In this document: positions 9,301 to 18,504 of the stretch, piece by piece
Position numbering within the stretch: the first letter of the stretch is position 1
Layout of the letters: each line of letters starts with the position of its first letter
Notes under the pieces: model-generated
What the model was told of the DNA's origin: nothing
Database searches by the model: none
The model's input: only the letters and a program-made list of their open reading frames with translations
Made by a program: the position numbers and the translations under genes
IMG/VR virus record: IMGVR_UViG_3300044940_000188
Span: 1-59,492 of that record
DNA from: a virus
Direction: 5' to 3' (one strand)
Length of the DNA stretch: 59,492 bases

Positions 9301-12300
9301 CACCAAGAGGTGGCACGGCCATGTCACGGATGCGCTTGGTCCACTTGCTTATGCTGGTGTGCTTCTCAAGAATGGCAGCTGCTGGGGCACGAAGTACCGC
9401 GTCTGGCAGACGTACTTCAAGCGCGTCAGTCATGTCTACTTTCTCGCCGGTGAACAGCTCATCGGTCATCGAGAAGATCACGTCGAGCACGCTGGTTTGT
9501 ATCGGCTTGACAGGTTCGGGCAGACCAAGAACTCGCCGCACCAAAGCCTTGAACGCATCCCACGCCGACTGTATTCGTGACCCAAGAGTTGGAGGTGTGA
9601 CGGGCGGAGGAGCTGGCACACGCTTCAGAACCGCGCGCAGTTCCAGATTTGTCCATGCCTCAGCCAAAAACTCGTCAATGGGGTTTGGCCGCCCATCAAT
9701 CTTGGTCCTTTCAAGGCCGTAGCGCACGTACTCAGTCGGTGGCAAACCGCCCATTTTATTTTCAAGATACTGCCGGACGTGCTCACGCAAAGCCGTCAGC
9801 TCAAGAGCAAACCAAGGCTTATTGCGCAGGGCGCCATGAGTTGCTGCATGCGTCAATTCATGCAGTATCGTGTACGATTTTAATGCATCACCACGTGCAC
9901 TAAGTCCGGTGTCACCGTAGAACCTTAGCAGGACCGTCGGGCGCCCGTTCAAGTTGCGGACGAACGCAGCGGCGGCACCCTTCTTAAGACGGCGCCCGAA
10001 GTCGTAGCGAATCACCACATCGTCGAGGTTCGACATCAGCAGGCGCTGAGCGATGGCGTGGAACGGGTGCCCCTTCGGTATCTTCCGCATGAACACGTCA
10101 AGCGCATCATTGGCCGCCATGCCGGAACCAAGCTGGTTGATCGCCGCATCAATCTCGTCAACAACCGCCGCGAACTCCTCACTGTAGAGGTCCGGGTCAA
10201 TCGCCCGCATGAACAGGTCAGTTTCCTCGTCCACCGGAGTAGACCGAGCCTTGGACTCGACAGCGGCAAGCTGCTCACGGGCTTCCGGGCTGGCAGTCCG
10301 CCGGGCCGCGACCACAATGCTTGGCTCTGCCGGCGGCTTGAGGCTCAGCATGATCTCCTTGGCCTGCTGCTTGAGGAGCTTCTTCGACTGCAAGGCATCC
10401 GCAACTAGGCGCACCGAACGAGACTTGTCGCCAATCTTGATGGTACCGATAGCAGGCGTATTACCTTGATGCCACACGCCAAGTGCCTGCAAAGCACGCA
10501 CCAGTCGCTGTTCAGCCCTCACCATGCCATTGATCGTCGTCTTGGTGTTGCTGACACGCTTGAGGAAGCGGTCGATCACTCCAGCAACACGGGAATACAG
10601 CTCAGCCTGCTGCTGAACGTTTGCAGGGATGGCCTGCTCTGCTGCAACAGGTGTCCGCATGAACGTCGTAGCAATATCCGGACGCGCCCATTGCGGCAGG
10701 GGAGTGGTGATTTCTGGGATCTCCATCTCGCGTCCGAGACGACGAATATCCTCCAAAGCCGTGGAAGTGTCACCGGTGAGCCTAGGCTCCACAAGCGGCA
10801 CCTTCACGTCGTACCCGAACGCGCGCACGAGTACAGTAGTATCTTTCTCCTTGCCTACCCCAGGCCGCGCCTCGACTCCAAGCTCTTCAAGGGCTGCAAA
10901 CAGCTTCTGCCCGGCAAGTCGGGCTGCTCCAGTAGTACGAGCAGCAGCGAGGTTGTTGGAATATCGAGTGAGTACTCCGAGCACACGACTGTTGAGGACC
11001 CTGTCGCGGGCGATTTCGGACTGTTCCTTCCTCTCAGCAGACCTAGCGGCGATCTCCCGTGTCTCCTGAATCCGCTTGAAGATGCTTGCAGAAGTGCCTT
11101 CACGGATGAGTGGAGAAGCGGAGACTTCCGGCGTGTACTCCTCGCCAGTAACTCGGTCGACTACACCGAGCAGCGTCTCGTACTTTAGTCGAGCTTGCTT
11201 GTCGAGATTCTCGTCGGTGATCTTGGTGTACCGCTCAAACCGCCGGCGTGGCTTCTGCCCTTCTGGCGGCGGCTCTGAAGACTCTTCGTACTGCAGCACC
11301 CCATTCTCGTCGAACGTGTAACCAAGCTGCAGAAAGTACTTCGCAGTACGCTGCGTCAGCTCAGGAGGAGTGCGTTTGTCGCGCAGCATCCTCTGCAGGG
11401 CGTACTGGACGGAATCCATCTCAGCAACGGTGGGCTGGTACGAAAACCAGCCATCAACCATGAACGAGTCCGCGAACTTTTGCATGACCGGCATGATCAT
11501 GTCACGGAAGTACATGGATTTTTTCATCCCGACGTCCGTGAGTTCCCTGCCGAGCCGAACAGCAGCGACGTGCTTGGCGTGCAGAGCTGCGTCGCGATTA
11601 GCTCTGCTACGGTCGAGCACGAATTTGCGGAATGCCTGATCGCCGGTGATCAAACGGAGGCTGCCACGTAATGAAGATTTCATAACCTTCGCGTAATCAG
11701 CGGCGAAGGCCTCATCAGACATACCGTTGACCTCGTTGAGGAACTCAATCAAGTCCTCAATCTGGTTTAAGGCAGGTGTAGACGGGTTGTTAGCGTTGTA
11801 GGCGAACTGCGCGTAGTCGCGCAGAGAACGCAGATATGCCAAGGCGTACACCAGTTGGGTACGCTTGGCCTGGTCAGTTTCAGCTGGCAGCACTTCGTTG
11901 CGGTACCGCGTCAGCATTTCATCAGTCTTGGCGATAGCAGTAGCCAGCTTGGGACGCAGGCGGTCGGCCCGTGCGACCCGCTTCTTGCGCTCCTCCGGTG
12001 TCTCGTCCTGCACCCGCCAAAAGTTGAGAAGCACGTCAGCAGAGTAGGCAGATGTGACTTCGTAGATGTCAGCGGCTTTCGGCGTGGGCTGTGCTTTCTC
12101 CACCGCCTTGTCCATCTCCGCTATGGCAGCTTCCAAGGACACCCTTTGCAAAGGCGTGACCTCGTTGCCGGCCAGTCGAACGTTTTCAGCTGCATCACTC
12201 AGTTTCTTGAACGCCTCAACGTACAGTCTACGGTTGCGCGGTGCACCAAACTCGACATCCTCGGGAGCGTAGTACCCCTCGACCATCCGCTGCTTCGCCG

Positions 12301-15300
12301 CCTTACGTTCGACGGTCTTCGCACCGGTAGGCATCTGCCCAGAAAACCCGTAACGGTTAGTTCCGCCAGTCTGTTCATCCCGCCGGAACCTCGCCTGCCG
12401 GGCTCGACCGACGTTCTGATTGGTCTGATACATGACCTGAGCACGTTGAATAATCTTGCGTTTCAGACCCGGCGTAGTGGCGCGGTCATACAGCTGTTTG
12501 ACCACATCCTTGTCACCAGTGATGATCTGGCTGACGGAGACGTCAAATTGAATACCCTCATCAGCAAGAGCGCTAGTCAGCTCATGGCTGAGCAGCATTT
12601 CACCGGCCGCAGTGGCGCCCTCCTCGATCTCCTGCTCGGTCAGCTTGTTGGCCCGTTTGACCTCATCCAGAGACTCCAGCCGCATTACGCCAAGCTCATT
12701 AAGCCGCTCGATAGGCTCATCTTGAGTCTCTTCGACAGCAGCTACTGCTTTGAGATAGTCCTTGACGAGCTTCTGCTGAGTATTCCTGAGCGACTCGAGC
12801 TGGGCCTCTAGCTCAGCCGCCTCATTGGACTTCTTTTTCCTACCTTTGAAGGCGGCCAGCTTCTTCTTGACTTCTTCGATCTTGTCGTTGTTCCTGAGAA
12901 CCTTGTTGCCGGCGTTGGCTACCCGTGCAGCGGCGTCCTCTGGGGCACGAGCTCGGCGCGGTAGACCGGCGATGTAGTTGACCGCCTGGGCAAACAGTTC
13001 GTCTAAACGGAAGATAGCCTCGTCCTGCGCCAGCTCCTTCTCCGACGGAAGGGCATTACGCATAACCACACCCGGACGAGTGGCCAACGTCACAAGCCGA
13101 ACAAGCTCGTCTTCCGGTACGAGGTCGACAGTGTCGAACACGCTACGGCTAATATCCTCGCCGACAGGTATATCCAGCTGCCGCGTTTTTGCTTCAGCAG
13201 CCGCCTCCGGCGACAGTTTGGACGCTACCTCAATCGGCCGTGAATCCACTTTCTGCGAGGCACCACCGAGCTTGCGGGTCTTACTAAGTGTGTCCAGAAC
13301 ATCGTCAAGACGCTCAAGCTCGATGGCATAACGGATGCGGTCGCCGACAGTAGCGAACTCCTCAATGTCATCGAACTCATAGATGTTCAGCAAACGGGGC
13401 TTGGCGCCCTTGCGTGGTGTCACAGTCGAAGCGAAATTGACAAACCCACGAAGCTCCTCGAACGCCTTGGCGTACAGGTCGGCATACCGGGCATCACGGA
13501 AGGTAAGATCCTCCGGCGCGAAAAAGCCGCCAATACGACGACTGGCTGCGGCACGCTGAGCCTTGGCGCTGCGAGAAAGTAAGCGGGAGGCAGCGCGGCC
13601 GGGAGTCTTGGACTTGAGGACCTCCTGCTCCTCCTCCGGCGTGATCACCCCCTCCTCAACGAGTTTGTCAGTCTGCTCAAGGAACTCATCACGGGCCTTA
13701 GTCTCGGCACGCTTCTTGGCGCGCTGCTTGCGCTCCTGCTCGATCAGTCGGGCACGACGGCGGAGAGCCTGCTGAGCGGAGATGATGACTGCTCGCTCAC
13801 CGATTTGTTCAGCGAGAGCATCGGCCTCTGCGTACGTACCAACAAGCGTTTCACGGACGACAGCCCCGGTCGGTGTGCGCTCCTGCACGACATACCTGCC
13901 AGCAAGAGGCTTCCCTGCTCCAGCACGTGTGAGAAGACCAAGGATCTCCTGCATGTCCTGACCCTGAGCCTTCAGTTCGAGGGCCATGTCAGCAGTGGGG
14001 CGGTCGCGTACAATTAGCAGACCGCCCTTATCGTCGAAGTTACCAAGCTGCACGCCGCGACCACGAATGACTTCGGAAACACGGTCGCGGTTGAGTCGGG
14101 CAATGTTGTCCCTGGACAGGTACACCCCGAGACGGTCGCTGGTTTCATCCTCCATGTCATCGAGCTGGGCCTCAATGTCAAGGAGCGGCTCGGCCGTAGG
14201 TTCGTCAGGCTGCTTCACCTCCGGAACCGGCTCAGCCTGCTTGCGTAGTTCTGCAGTCGGCACGATGGAGAACTCCACCGTGTTGAACTCGGAGTCCATG
14301 ATGTACCGGGCAAGCGCGGCCTGCGCCGAGTCGGAGTCCGGGTGCGGCTCATTCACCACCACGTTGCCGTCCTCGTCGCGCCCGATAAGCCGGTAGACGT
14401 CGGCGGTAGACCGCTGACGCCGCTGGACCATTACAGTATTTCCAGTTTTCTCGGCTCGACGCCGAAGAGGCTCTGCAGCCGCTTCTGCTTCGGCAAGCGT
14501 CGGGAAAGTCTTTCGTGACTTGACCTGCCGATCACGGTCGACAACGGAGACTTCATACTCGACCGGTGCCTGAGCGGTTTCATCGGGCTGAGTTACCTCT
14601 TCAACAGACTGGACAACCGGCGCCGGCTCAGGGCGCGGAAACGGAGCCTGATCAAAAATTTCGATCTGCCGCTCATCGGGCAGGACGCCGGGCGGCTGTG
14701 ACAGGTCACGCTCCGGGGGCGGCTGCGGCAGCTGGCCGCGGGCGGGCGGCAGCAAACTCATGGTACCGCCGGGGATAGGCTGGGTCAGCTCGCGCTGCTC
14801 GGTAATCGGCCTTGGCGGCGGTGGCGGTAAGTCAAGCTGGTACTGCCGGAGTCCCATCTGGCCCGGGTCAAGCCCGCCATCCTGAATGGACCGCTCGATG
14901 CCCTCCGACCCGGGGATTGGGACGTACTCGAACATGTCCACCTGCGCCTCGTTCGGCGTGGCGGGCGGACGGATCTGCGGTACCTGCTCCAGTAGCTGCT
15001 GGGTGCGGGCCTCCACGGCCTGCTGCCAGCGAGCCTGCGCGGCGGCGGCACGAGCCTTGGCGTCTTTCGGGGCCTTGGGGGAGATAGGCTTCGGCTTGCT
15101 CTTGGCCAGCTCGGCCTCAGCCTGCGCCCTAGCGGTCGCCCGCATGGCCGCCTGCTCACGCTCAGCCTGCAGCTCACCAGAGTCCTGCAACACCACCGGT
15201 CGACCGGTGGGCTTACCCGACCGGTCGTACGGTTGTGCAACACGTGTAGTGAACTGCTCACGGGCGCGCAGGGCAGCGGCAACGGCGGGGTCAACCGCGT

Positions 15301-16576
15301 CCGCGGCGGACTGCCCGGGGGTAAACAGGTCGCCTTGCGTCTGGTTTTGCCCAATGCGGACGCCGCTCGGGGTAGGACCAAACACGGACTCGAACGACTC
15401 GCCGGGAGTACCGCGGTTGACTGCGGCCTGGTCCTCAGTGGAAGCCCCCGACGGCGGAGCCTCGGACGGCACTTTCGGGCGCTGCCGGCGACCAAGCGCC
15501 ACTGAGAAGCCACCACCGATAAGGCCGCCCAGCACGCCGCCCTCAACAGTGGCCTCAAGAACACCCTCGCTCGCTCCGCGGGTCTTGTCATACGTCTGAG
15601 CAGCGATGTTCTGAACGTATTGCTCAACGGCCGACTGCGAAACTTCCTGCGGCGCCTCTGCAATGGCGCCCCGGCCTAGCCGCTGAAGTACAGTACCAGT
15701 CGCACCTTCTCCCACGATAGGTGTCCAGAGACGCCCAGCTGCGGAGGAGATAGCTCCTACAATCAGGCCGGCAAGCAGCGGGCGAACACCCTGAGCCTCG
15801 GCCGCAAGAGCCTCACGCGCCTCAGACTCAGTCATTGTCTTGCGCAACTCGGCGTAGCGAGGAGACTGCATGAGCTCCTCTTCGCGGGCAGACGCTACCT
15901 CCTCATTAATCTGATTGGCGAGGGCGCCCATCGAAATGGTCGCTTCGGACGCTCCAAGGTAGCTAATAGCCGCGGGCGAGGCACCCAAACGGAACATGAT
16001 GATGGACGGCAGCAGAGTGGCTAGCGACGATGGGACGGCTTGCACCAACTTCGTACCAACAGAAGCAGCTGTCTCCAACGGATCGTCGAACTGGAAAATC
16101 GACTTGGTCGGATCAAGCGTAGTCCACTCACGTGAAACGCGTTCGACAACCTCCGGGCGGAGAGTCTTGTACATCTCCTCACGGATGTTACCGAGGTACT
16201 GACGGACAGCACGAAACGGGGTGTCGAGGCCCATCTCCGGAACAATGCCCGGTAAAGCCTCACGAGCTTTGCGCTCCCCCTGTCCTACCAGATACTCGCC
16301 AGCACCGGCCAACGCCTCGCCGACACCAACAAGTTCTGCCCCGAACAGAGTGGAAAGGCCACTCTCGCCCTTGGGCGGGCGCGGCTTGATGCCGCCACCA
16401 AGCTCCCAGAGAGGCGGCAGGGCACGGTCGACCGGAGAAGCGCCGGCACTGTACTGCTCGACAAGGGCATCCGCCTCACCTTGAATGTCGGGCAGAGGCG
16501 GGAGGTCGAGCGGGTCAAGAGCTCGAAGTGGACCGAAATTCTTCTCGTACTGCCGGCGAATGCTTGACATGGTCAC
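6335..16576 (-). CDS. Giant (3413 aa) polyvalent-type virion protein with a zincin HExxH domain and a PLxRFG-like motif
   Basis: Uninterrupted 10.2-kb ORF. ILHELTHAATH is at 9848-9862, with downstream DEFLAEAW. YFPLMRYGDF is at 8666-8683. The N-terminus has Gly-rich hydrophobic segments, Pro-rich linkers follow, and the C-terminus has hydrophobic segments. Confidence 0.85.
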   Translation of the reverse strand: MTMSSIRRQYEKNFGPLRALDPLDLPPLPDIQGEADALVEQYSAGASPVDRALPPLWELGGGIKPRPPKGESGLSTLFGAELVGVGEALAGAGEYLVGQGERKAREALPGIVPEMGLDTPFRAVRQYLGNIREEMYKTLRPEVVERVSREWTTLDPTKSIFQFDDPLETAASVGTKLVQAVPSSLATLLPSIIMFRLGASPAAISYLGASEATISMGALANQINEEVASAREEELMQSPRYAELRKTMTESEAREALAAEAQGVRPLLAGLIVGAISSAAGRLWTPIVGEGATGTVLQRLGRGAIAEAPQEVSQSAVEQYVQNIAAQTYDKTRGASEGVLEATVEGGVLGGLIGGGFSVALGRRQRPKVPSEAPPSGASTEDQAAVNRGTPGESFESVFGPTPSGVRIGQNQTQGDLFTPGQSAADAVDPAVAAALRAREQFTTRVAQPYDRSGKPTGRPVVLQDSGELQAEREQAAMRATARAQAEAELAKSKPKPISPKAPKDAKARAAAAQARWQQAVEARTQQLLEQVPQIRPPATPNEAQVDMFEYVPIPGSEGIERSIQDGGLDPGQMGLRQYQLDLPPPPPRPITEQRELTQPIPGGTMSLLPPARGQLPQPPPERDLSQPPGVLPDERQIEIFDQAPFPRPEPAPVVQSVEEVTQPDETAQAPVEYEVSVVDRDRQVKSRKTFPTLAEAEAAAEPLRRRAEKTGNTVMVQRRQRSTADVYRLIGRDEDGNVVVNEPHPDSDSAQAALARYIMDSEFNTVEFSIVPTAELRKQAEPVPEVKQPDEPTAEPLLDIEAQLDDMEDETSDRLGVYLSRDNIARLNRDRVSEVIRGRGVQLGNFDDKGGLLIVRDRPTADMALELKAQGQDMQEILGLLTRAGAGKPLAGRYVVQERTPTGAVVRETLVGTYAEADALAEQIGERAVIISAQQALRRRARLIEQERKQRAKKRAETKARDEFLEQTDKLVEEGVITPEEEQEVLKSKTPGRAASRLLSRSAKAQRAAASRRIGGFFAPEDLTFRDARYADLYAKAFEELRGFVNFASTVTPRKGAKPRLLNIYEFDDIEEFATVGDRIRYAIELERLDDVLDTLSKTRKLGGASQKVDSRPIEVASKLSPEAAAEAKTRQLDIPVGEDISRSVFDTVDLVPEDELVRLVTLATRPGVVMRNALPSEKELAQDEAIFRLDELFAQAVNYIAGLPRRARAPEDAAARVANAGNKVLRNNDKIEEVKKKLAAFKGRKKKSNEAAELEAQLESLRNTQQKLVKDYLKAVAAVEETQDEPIERLNELGVMRLESLDEVKRANKLTEQEIEEGATAAGEMLLSHELTSALADEGIQFDVSVSQIITGDKDVVKQLYDRATTPGLKRKIIQRAQVMYQTNQNVGRARQARFRRDEQTGGTNRYGFSGQMPTGAKTVERKAAKQRMVEGYYAPEDVEFGAPRNRRLYVEAFKKLSDAAENVRLAGNEVTPLQRVSLEAAIAEMDKAVEKAQPTPKAADIYEVTSAYSADVLLNFWRVQDETPEERKKRVARADRLRPKLATAIAKTDEMLTRYRNEVLPAETDQAKRTQLVYALAYLRSLRDYAQFAYNANNPSTPALNQIEDLIEFLNEVNGMSDEAFAADYAKVMKSSLRGSLRLITGDQAFRKFVLDRSRANRDAALHAKHVAAVRLGRELTDVGMKKSMYFRDMIMPVMQKFADSFMVDGWFSYQPTVAEMDSVQYALQRMLRDKRTPPELTQRTAKYFLQLGYTFDENGVLQYEESSEPPPEGQKPRRRFERYTKITDENLDKQARLKYETLLGVVDRVTGEEYTPEVSASPLIREGTSASIFKRIQETREIAARSAERKEQSEIARDRVLNSRVLGVLTRYSNNLAAARTTGAARLAGQKLFAALEELGVEARPGVGKEKDTTVLVRAFGYDVKVPLVEPRLTGDTSTALEDIRRLGREMEIPEITTPLPQWARPDIATTFMRTPVAAEQAIPANVQQQAELYSRVAGVIDRFLKRVSNTKTTINGMVRAEQRLVRALQALGVWHQGNTPAIGTIKIGDKSRSVRLVADALQSKKLLKQQAKEIMLSLKPPAEPSIVVAARRTASPEAREQLAAVESKARSTPVDEETDLFMRAIDPDLYSEEFAAVVDEIDAAINQLGSGMAANDALDVFMRKIPKGHPFHAIAQRLLMSNLDDVVIRYDFGRRLKKGAAAAFVRNLNGRPTVLLRFYGDTGLSARGDALKSYTILHELTHAATHGALRNKPWFALELTALREHVRQYLENKMGGLPPTEYVRYGLERTKIDGRPNPIDEFLAEAWTNLELRAVLKRVPAPPPVTPPTLGSRIQSAWDAFKALVRRVLGLPEPVKPIQTSVLDVIFSMTDELFTGEKVDMTDALEVRLPDAVLRAPAAAILEKHTSISKWTKRIRDMAVPPLGAMTMEQIRDLYADGFQGPQGNPLTAYMDAYFKRAAENSRLMERAEKIMQRWTTLQQKDPAAAIELSRVATEASLYRVSPGEAVTSPRNSHLTTPTAKQRWSELNARYLAMPSEYRQMYDDLQAYYRNALAEESTLILQNALRAVLATGAGAPLDLETFEDTFTLKKLSGITPEKLNEMIGDIATPDMKATIAQLARLPEMRQGDYFPLMRYGDFVVYASREVERKTFTDSKEAFAYAATKRGDDPTLDVGVFKVDNKFEVRVTEKEFSTAESRTEAEEIRQRMVETYGADAVSDVQRRSQFTQDAAIQSNSALASILGNLEGNKAAQAAIKNFYLRSLADSSFRKHEIRRKNRLGVDYDIQHRNFANYAKQSAYYTSQLQYGWQLGRHLRDMDEFAKRTRGTDEISAVRRGDVVNELRQRDEQMAELPDIVNIVKRGTEFAQFISLTTPAYWMTNATQPWLITLPWLAARYGWRSASAALGMAQNLIKSPLLKAVVDSKGGIAAARKLTGKVAAEQAFSVIDQIIDQIRNDSSLPDGRGEKYIAMLTELRRNNVIDLSWIAELRDIAEGQDLSPTQRILDASRIMAHLTEVNNRVLVAIAAYDLKYNEVVEAVGEVEADRQATMYAKTAVSTTQFNYGGANKPRWFQTNGPLGAGAPLVTQFMQWPQHMYAMMGMNLYKWTKGDKEAKRVFLNMLATHTLAAGVTGTMFQPIKWAAGLVLALFGDDDEPYDAASAVSGQAFDWWFQKNLAAITGSPALAEAAAKGIPAALGVDMSKRLSMGSIFMADLRPENADSFLGSAVTSFGGPWIGIGVQWGRGFQQVMEASANGDVRGFFRGLEFVVPKIVRDFLRAGRFATEGITSTRGDVLVPADDVSPFDLFVQSIGLTPTSVSRFYDKREYLISRSRLAAEHKQDIVTRILKADPSERGRLIGEAVRHNKMYPDAPISITGLLQSLRNKREREVRTQTYGANLNDRQAAVFAREAVFLR

Positions 16577-18501
16577 TGCGTTGGCATAGCGGTACGGTTG
16601 GCGACAGAAGCACGGAGACGCTGCACGTCTTCGGCAAGTTGATCAAGCGTACCATTCTCGTAGTGCTGCATTACCAACGCCGCAATCTCAGCCTCAGTGT
16701 ACTGAGTCCTGTCAGGATACAGCGTCTTAATTTGACCCATCAAATTGCGCAGCTGACGTGCAACAGGAGCAGTAGCAGGGTCAAGCTCGAGTGCCTCGGT
16801 CTCGCTCCTGAAGTAGTCGAGACCTGCTTTGATGTCACTTTGACGGATACCGCCGCCGACACCGCCGCGACGGGCAACGAGAAGGCGAGCAGAGCCATCC
16901 ATAAGATTCGCCTTCGCGTTGGCCAGAGAAGCAGCGGCCTGCGCAGCCTGCAGTCGCATAGTAGACTCTGCCATCGGCTTGTCGATTTCCTGCCGCTGCT
17001 CATCCTGCATGAGCTGTTCACGCCAATCCTTGGTCCACACGCGCCACGCTTTCGGATCGCTGAAGTTCTCGATCATGCTAGCGAGGTACTCGGGGGTGAT
17101 TACCTGCGGATTGCCAACCGGTTTCCCGGTCTTCTCATCAAAACCCATACCGATCAGCTGCCCTTTGTAGACGCCAAAGCGCACGTCAGAACCGTTAGGG
17201 AAGTACTGATACGCAACTGTGAGAGCACGAGTAGCGGCAGGGATATTTCCAGCAGCAAGGTACTGAAAAGCGGCGCGAGCATTCAAATCAAAGCCACGCA
17301 TCTGCATGTTGACTACCGTTCTGTCAACTTCGTCGATGGCTTCGGCCTCTGACTTGCCCATCGCAACCGCGTCAGCAACCATCGCCTCACGCTCTTTCGC
17401 CCACTCCATGGTGGAGTAGCGAGGAATTTCGTCAGGAGAAACCTGAATCTGGTCGTAGGGTATCGGCTCAGCACTTTCACCCGGCATGCTGAGAGTGCGA
17501 TTGCCGGCCTGCGGGTTGGGGGCAACCGACGGAACCGGAAGTGCAACGCTAGGGGTCACAGCGCCACCAGCAGTGGGTTGCGGCTTGGGTTGTGGTTCGG
17601 GCTGCAACTCAAGCTGTGGCTGCTCAACAGGCAAAGCGGACCTGAGCGGCTGACCAGCGTCAGGAGAAGGTCGAAAAACGCCAAGAGTCAGATCATCAGC
17701 AGCACCGAGAGCGCGTACACCAATATCCCCCAGAAGAGTAGGATCCTCATCAGGGCTAAGCTCCATACCGAATCGCTTGCGGTACTCCTCCGTGTCGGTG
17801 CCGGCGACCTTGACGCCAGTATTGGCCAGATGCGAAAGCGCTCCTAGCTGAAGAGCAGCGCCACCGACACCGCCGCGGGCAATTCGACTGCCTTCCGGTA
17901 GCTTGCCCTTCACTGTATCTTTGATCTTGGAGCCCATCGACTTCTTCGTCGTGGTGTCGTTGACGAAGTCGACCGGCCGCTTAGCTGGCCCGCGTTCCAA
18001 CTGTTCCGCGATGCGATTCCTAGGCGGCGATTCACCACGAGCACGGCGAGCCTGACGAGCTTTCCAGTCTTCCAAACTCTCACTGGTTACACGCCCGCCC
18101 TCGGCGTACGGTAGAGCACGACGAAAGTCGAACGGCTGCGAAAGCACAGTGACGGCTTGCTCTGGCACAACGACACCAGCAGGAGTGATCGTCCCCGGAA
18201 GAGCAACGGTTTGCGAAGGAACAACGCCAGGAGCATTGGCACCGAGCTTGCTCTTCAACCACCCAAACAGACGCTCACCGTAGGTCGGCGGAAGCGACCC
18301 GCGACCGCCTTCGCGTAAAGGAAGTCCCGCCCGTTGCCGCGCCCGGTTGACCGCACTAAGCCGTCCCTCGTTCTTCAGCTCACGGTCCTGAATCTCAGTG
18401 GCGAGAAGCCGCTCTTCCTGACGGGCGCGACGAGCATCAGTAGCGGCCTGATAGCCGCTTTGAAGACCTTGTACGAATGCACCGAACGGGTTCTGAGGCA
18501 T
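16573..18501 (-). CDS. Large virion or ejection-type protein (642 aa), function unknown
   Basis: Its stop overlaps the giant gene start (GTGA). Contains a PEPQPKPQP linker. No enzymatic motif recognised. Confidence 0.7.
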   Translation of the reverse strand: MPQNPFGAFVQGLQSGYQAATDARRARQEERLLATEIQDRELKNEGRLSAVNRARQRAGLPLREGGRGSLPPTYGERLFGWLKSKLGANAPGVVPSQTVALPGTITPAGVVVPEQAVTVLSQPFDFRRALPYAEGGRVTSESLEDWKARQARRARGESPPRNRIAEQLERGPAKRPVDFVNDTTTKKSMGSKIKDTVKGKLPEGSRIARGGVGGAALQLGALSHLANTGVKVAGTDTEEYRKRFGMELSPDEDPTLLGDIGVRALGAADDLTLGVFRPSPDAGQPLRSALPVEQPQLELQPEPQPKPQPTAGGAVTPSVALPVPSVAPNPQAGNRTLSMPGESAEPIPYDQIQVSPDEIPRYSTMEWAKEREAMVADAVAMGKSEAEAIDEVDRTVVNMQMRGFDLNARAAFQYLAAGNIPAATRALTVAYQYFPNGSDVRFGVYKGQLIGMGFDEKTGKPVGNPQVITPEYLASMIENFSDPKAWRVWTKDWREQLMQDEQRQEIDKPMAESTMRLQAAQAAASLANAKANLMDGSARLLVARRGGVGGGIRQSDIKAGLDYFRSETEALELDPATAPVARQLRNLMGQIKTLYPDRTQYTEAEIAALVMQHYENGTLDQLAEDVQRLRASVANRTAMPTQ

Positions 18502-18504
18502 GTG

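Noticed and set aside
6302-16484. Dozens of 60-320-aa plus-strand ORFs (e.g. 11855-12811, 10466-11188, 16528-17352) and out-of-frame minus ORFs inside the giant gene
   Set aside because: They are shadow ORFs of a high-GC coding region. They are Arg/Ser/Pro/Leu-rich, lack SD sequences, and lie entirely within a continuous 10.2-kb ORF.
6335-16576. Giant ORF as an N4-like virion RNA polymerase, or as a tape-measure protein
   Set aside because: I saw no T7-like RNAP catalytic motifs and no other N4-type hallmark genes. There are no tail tube, sheath or chaperone-frameshift genes that would accompany a tape measure. The zincin HExxH plus PLMRYG motif fits polyvalent virion proteins better.
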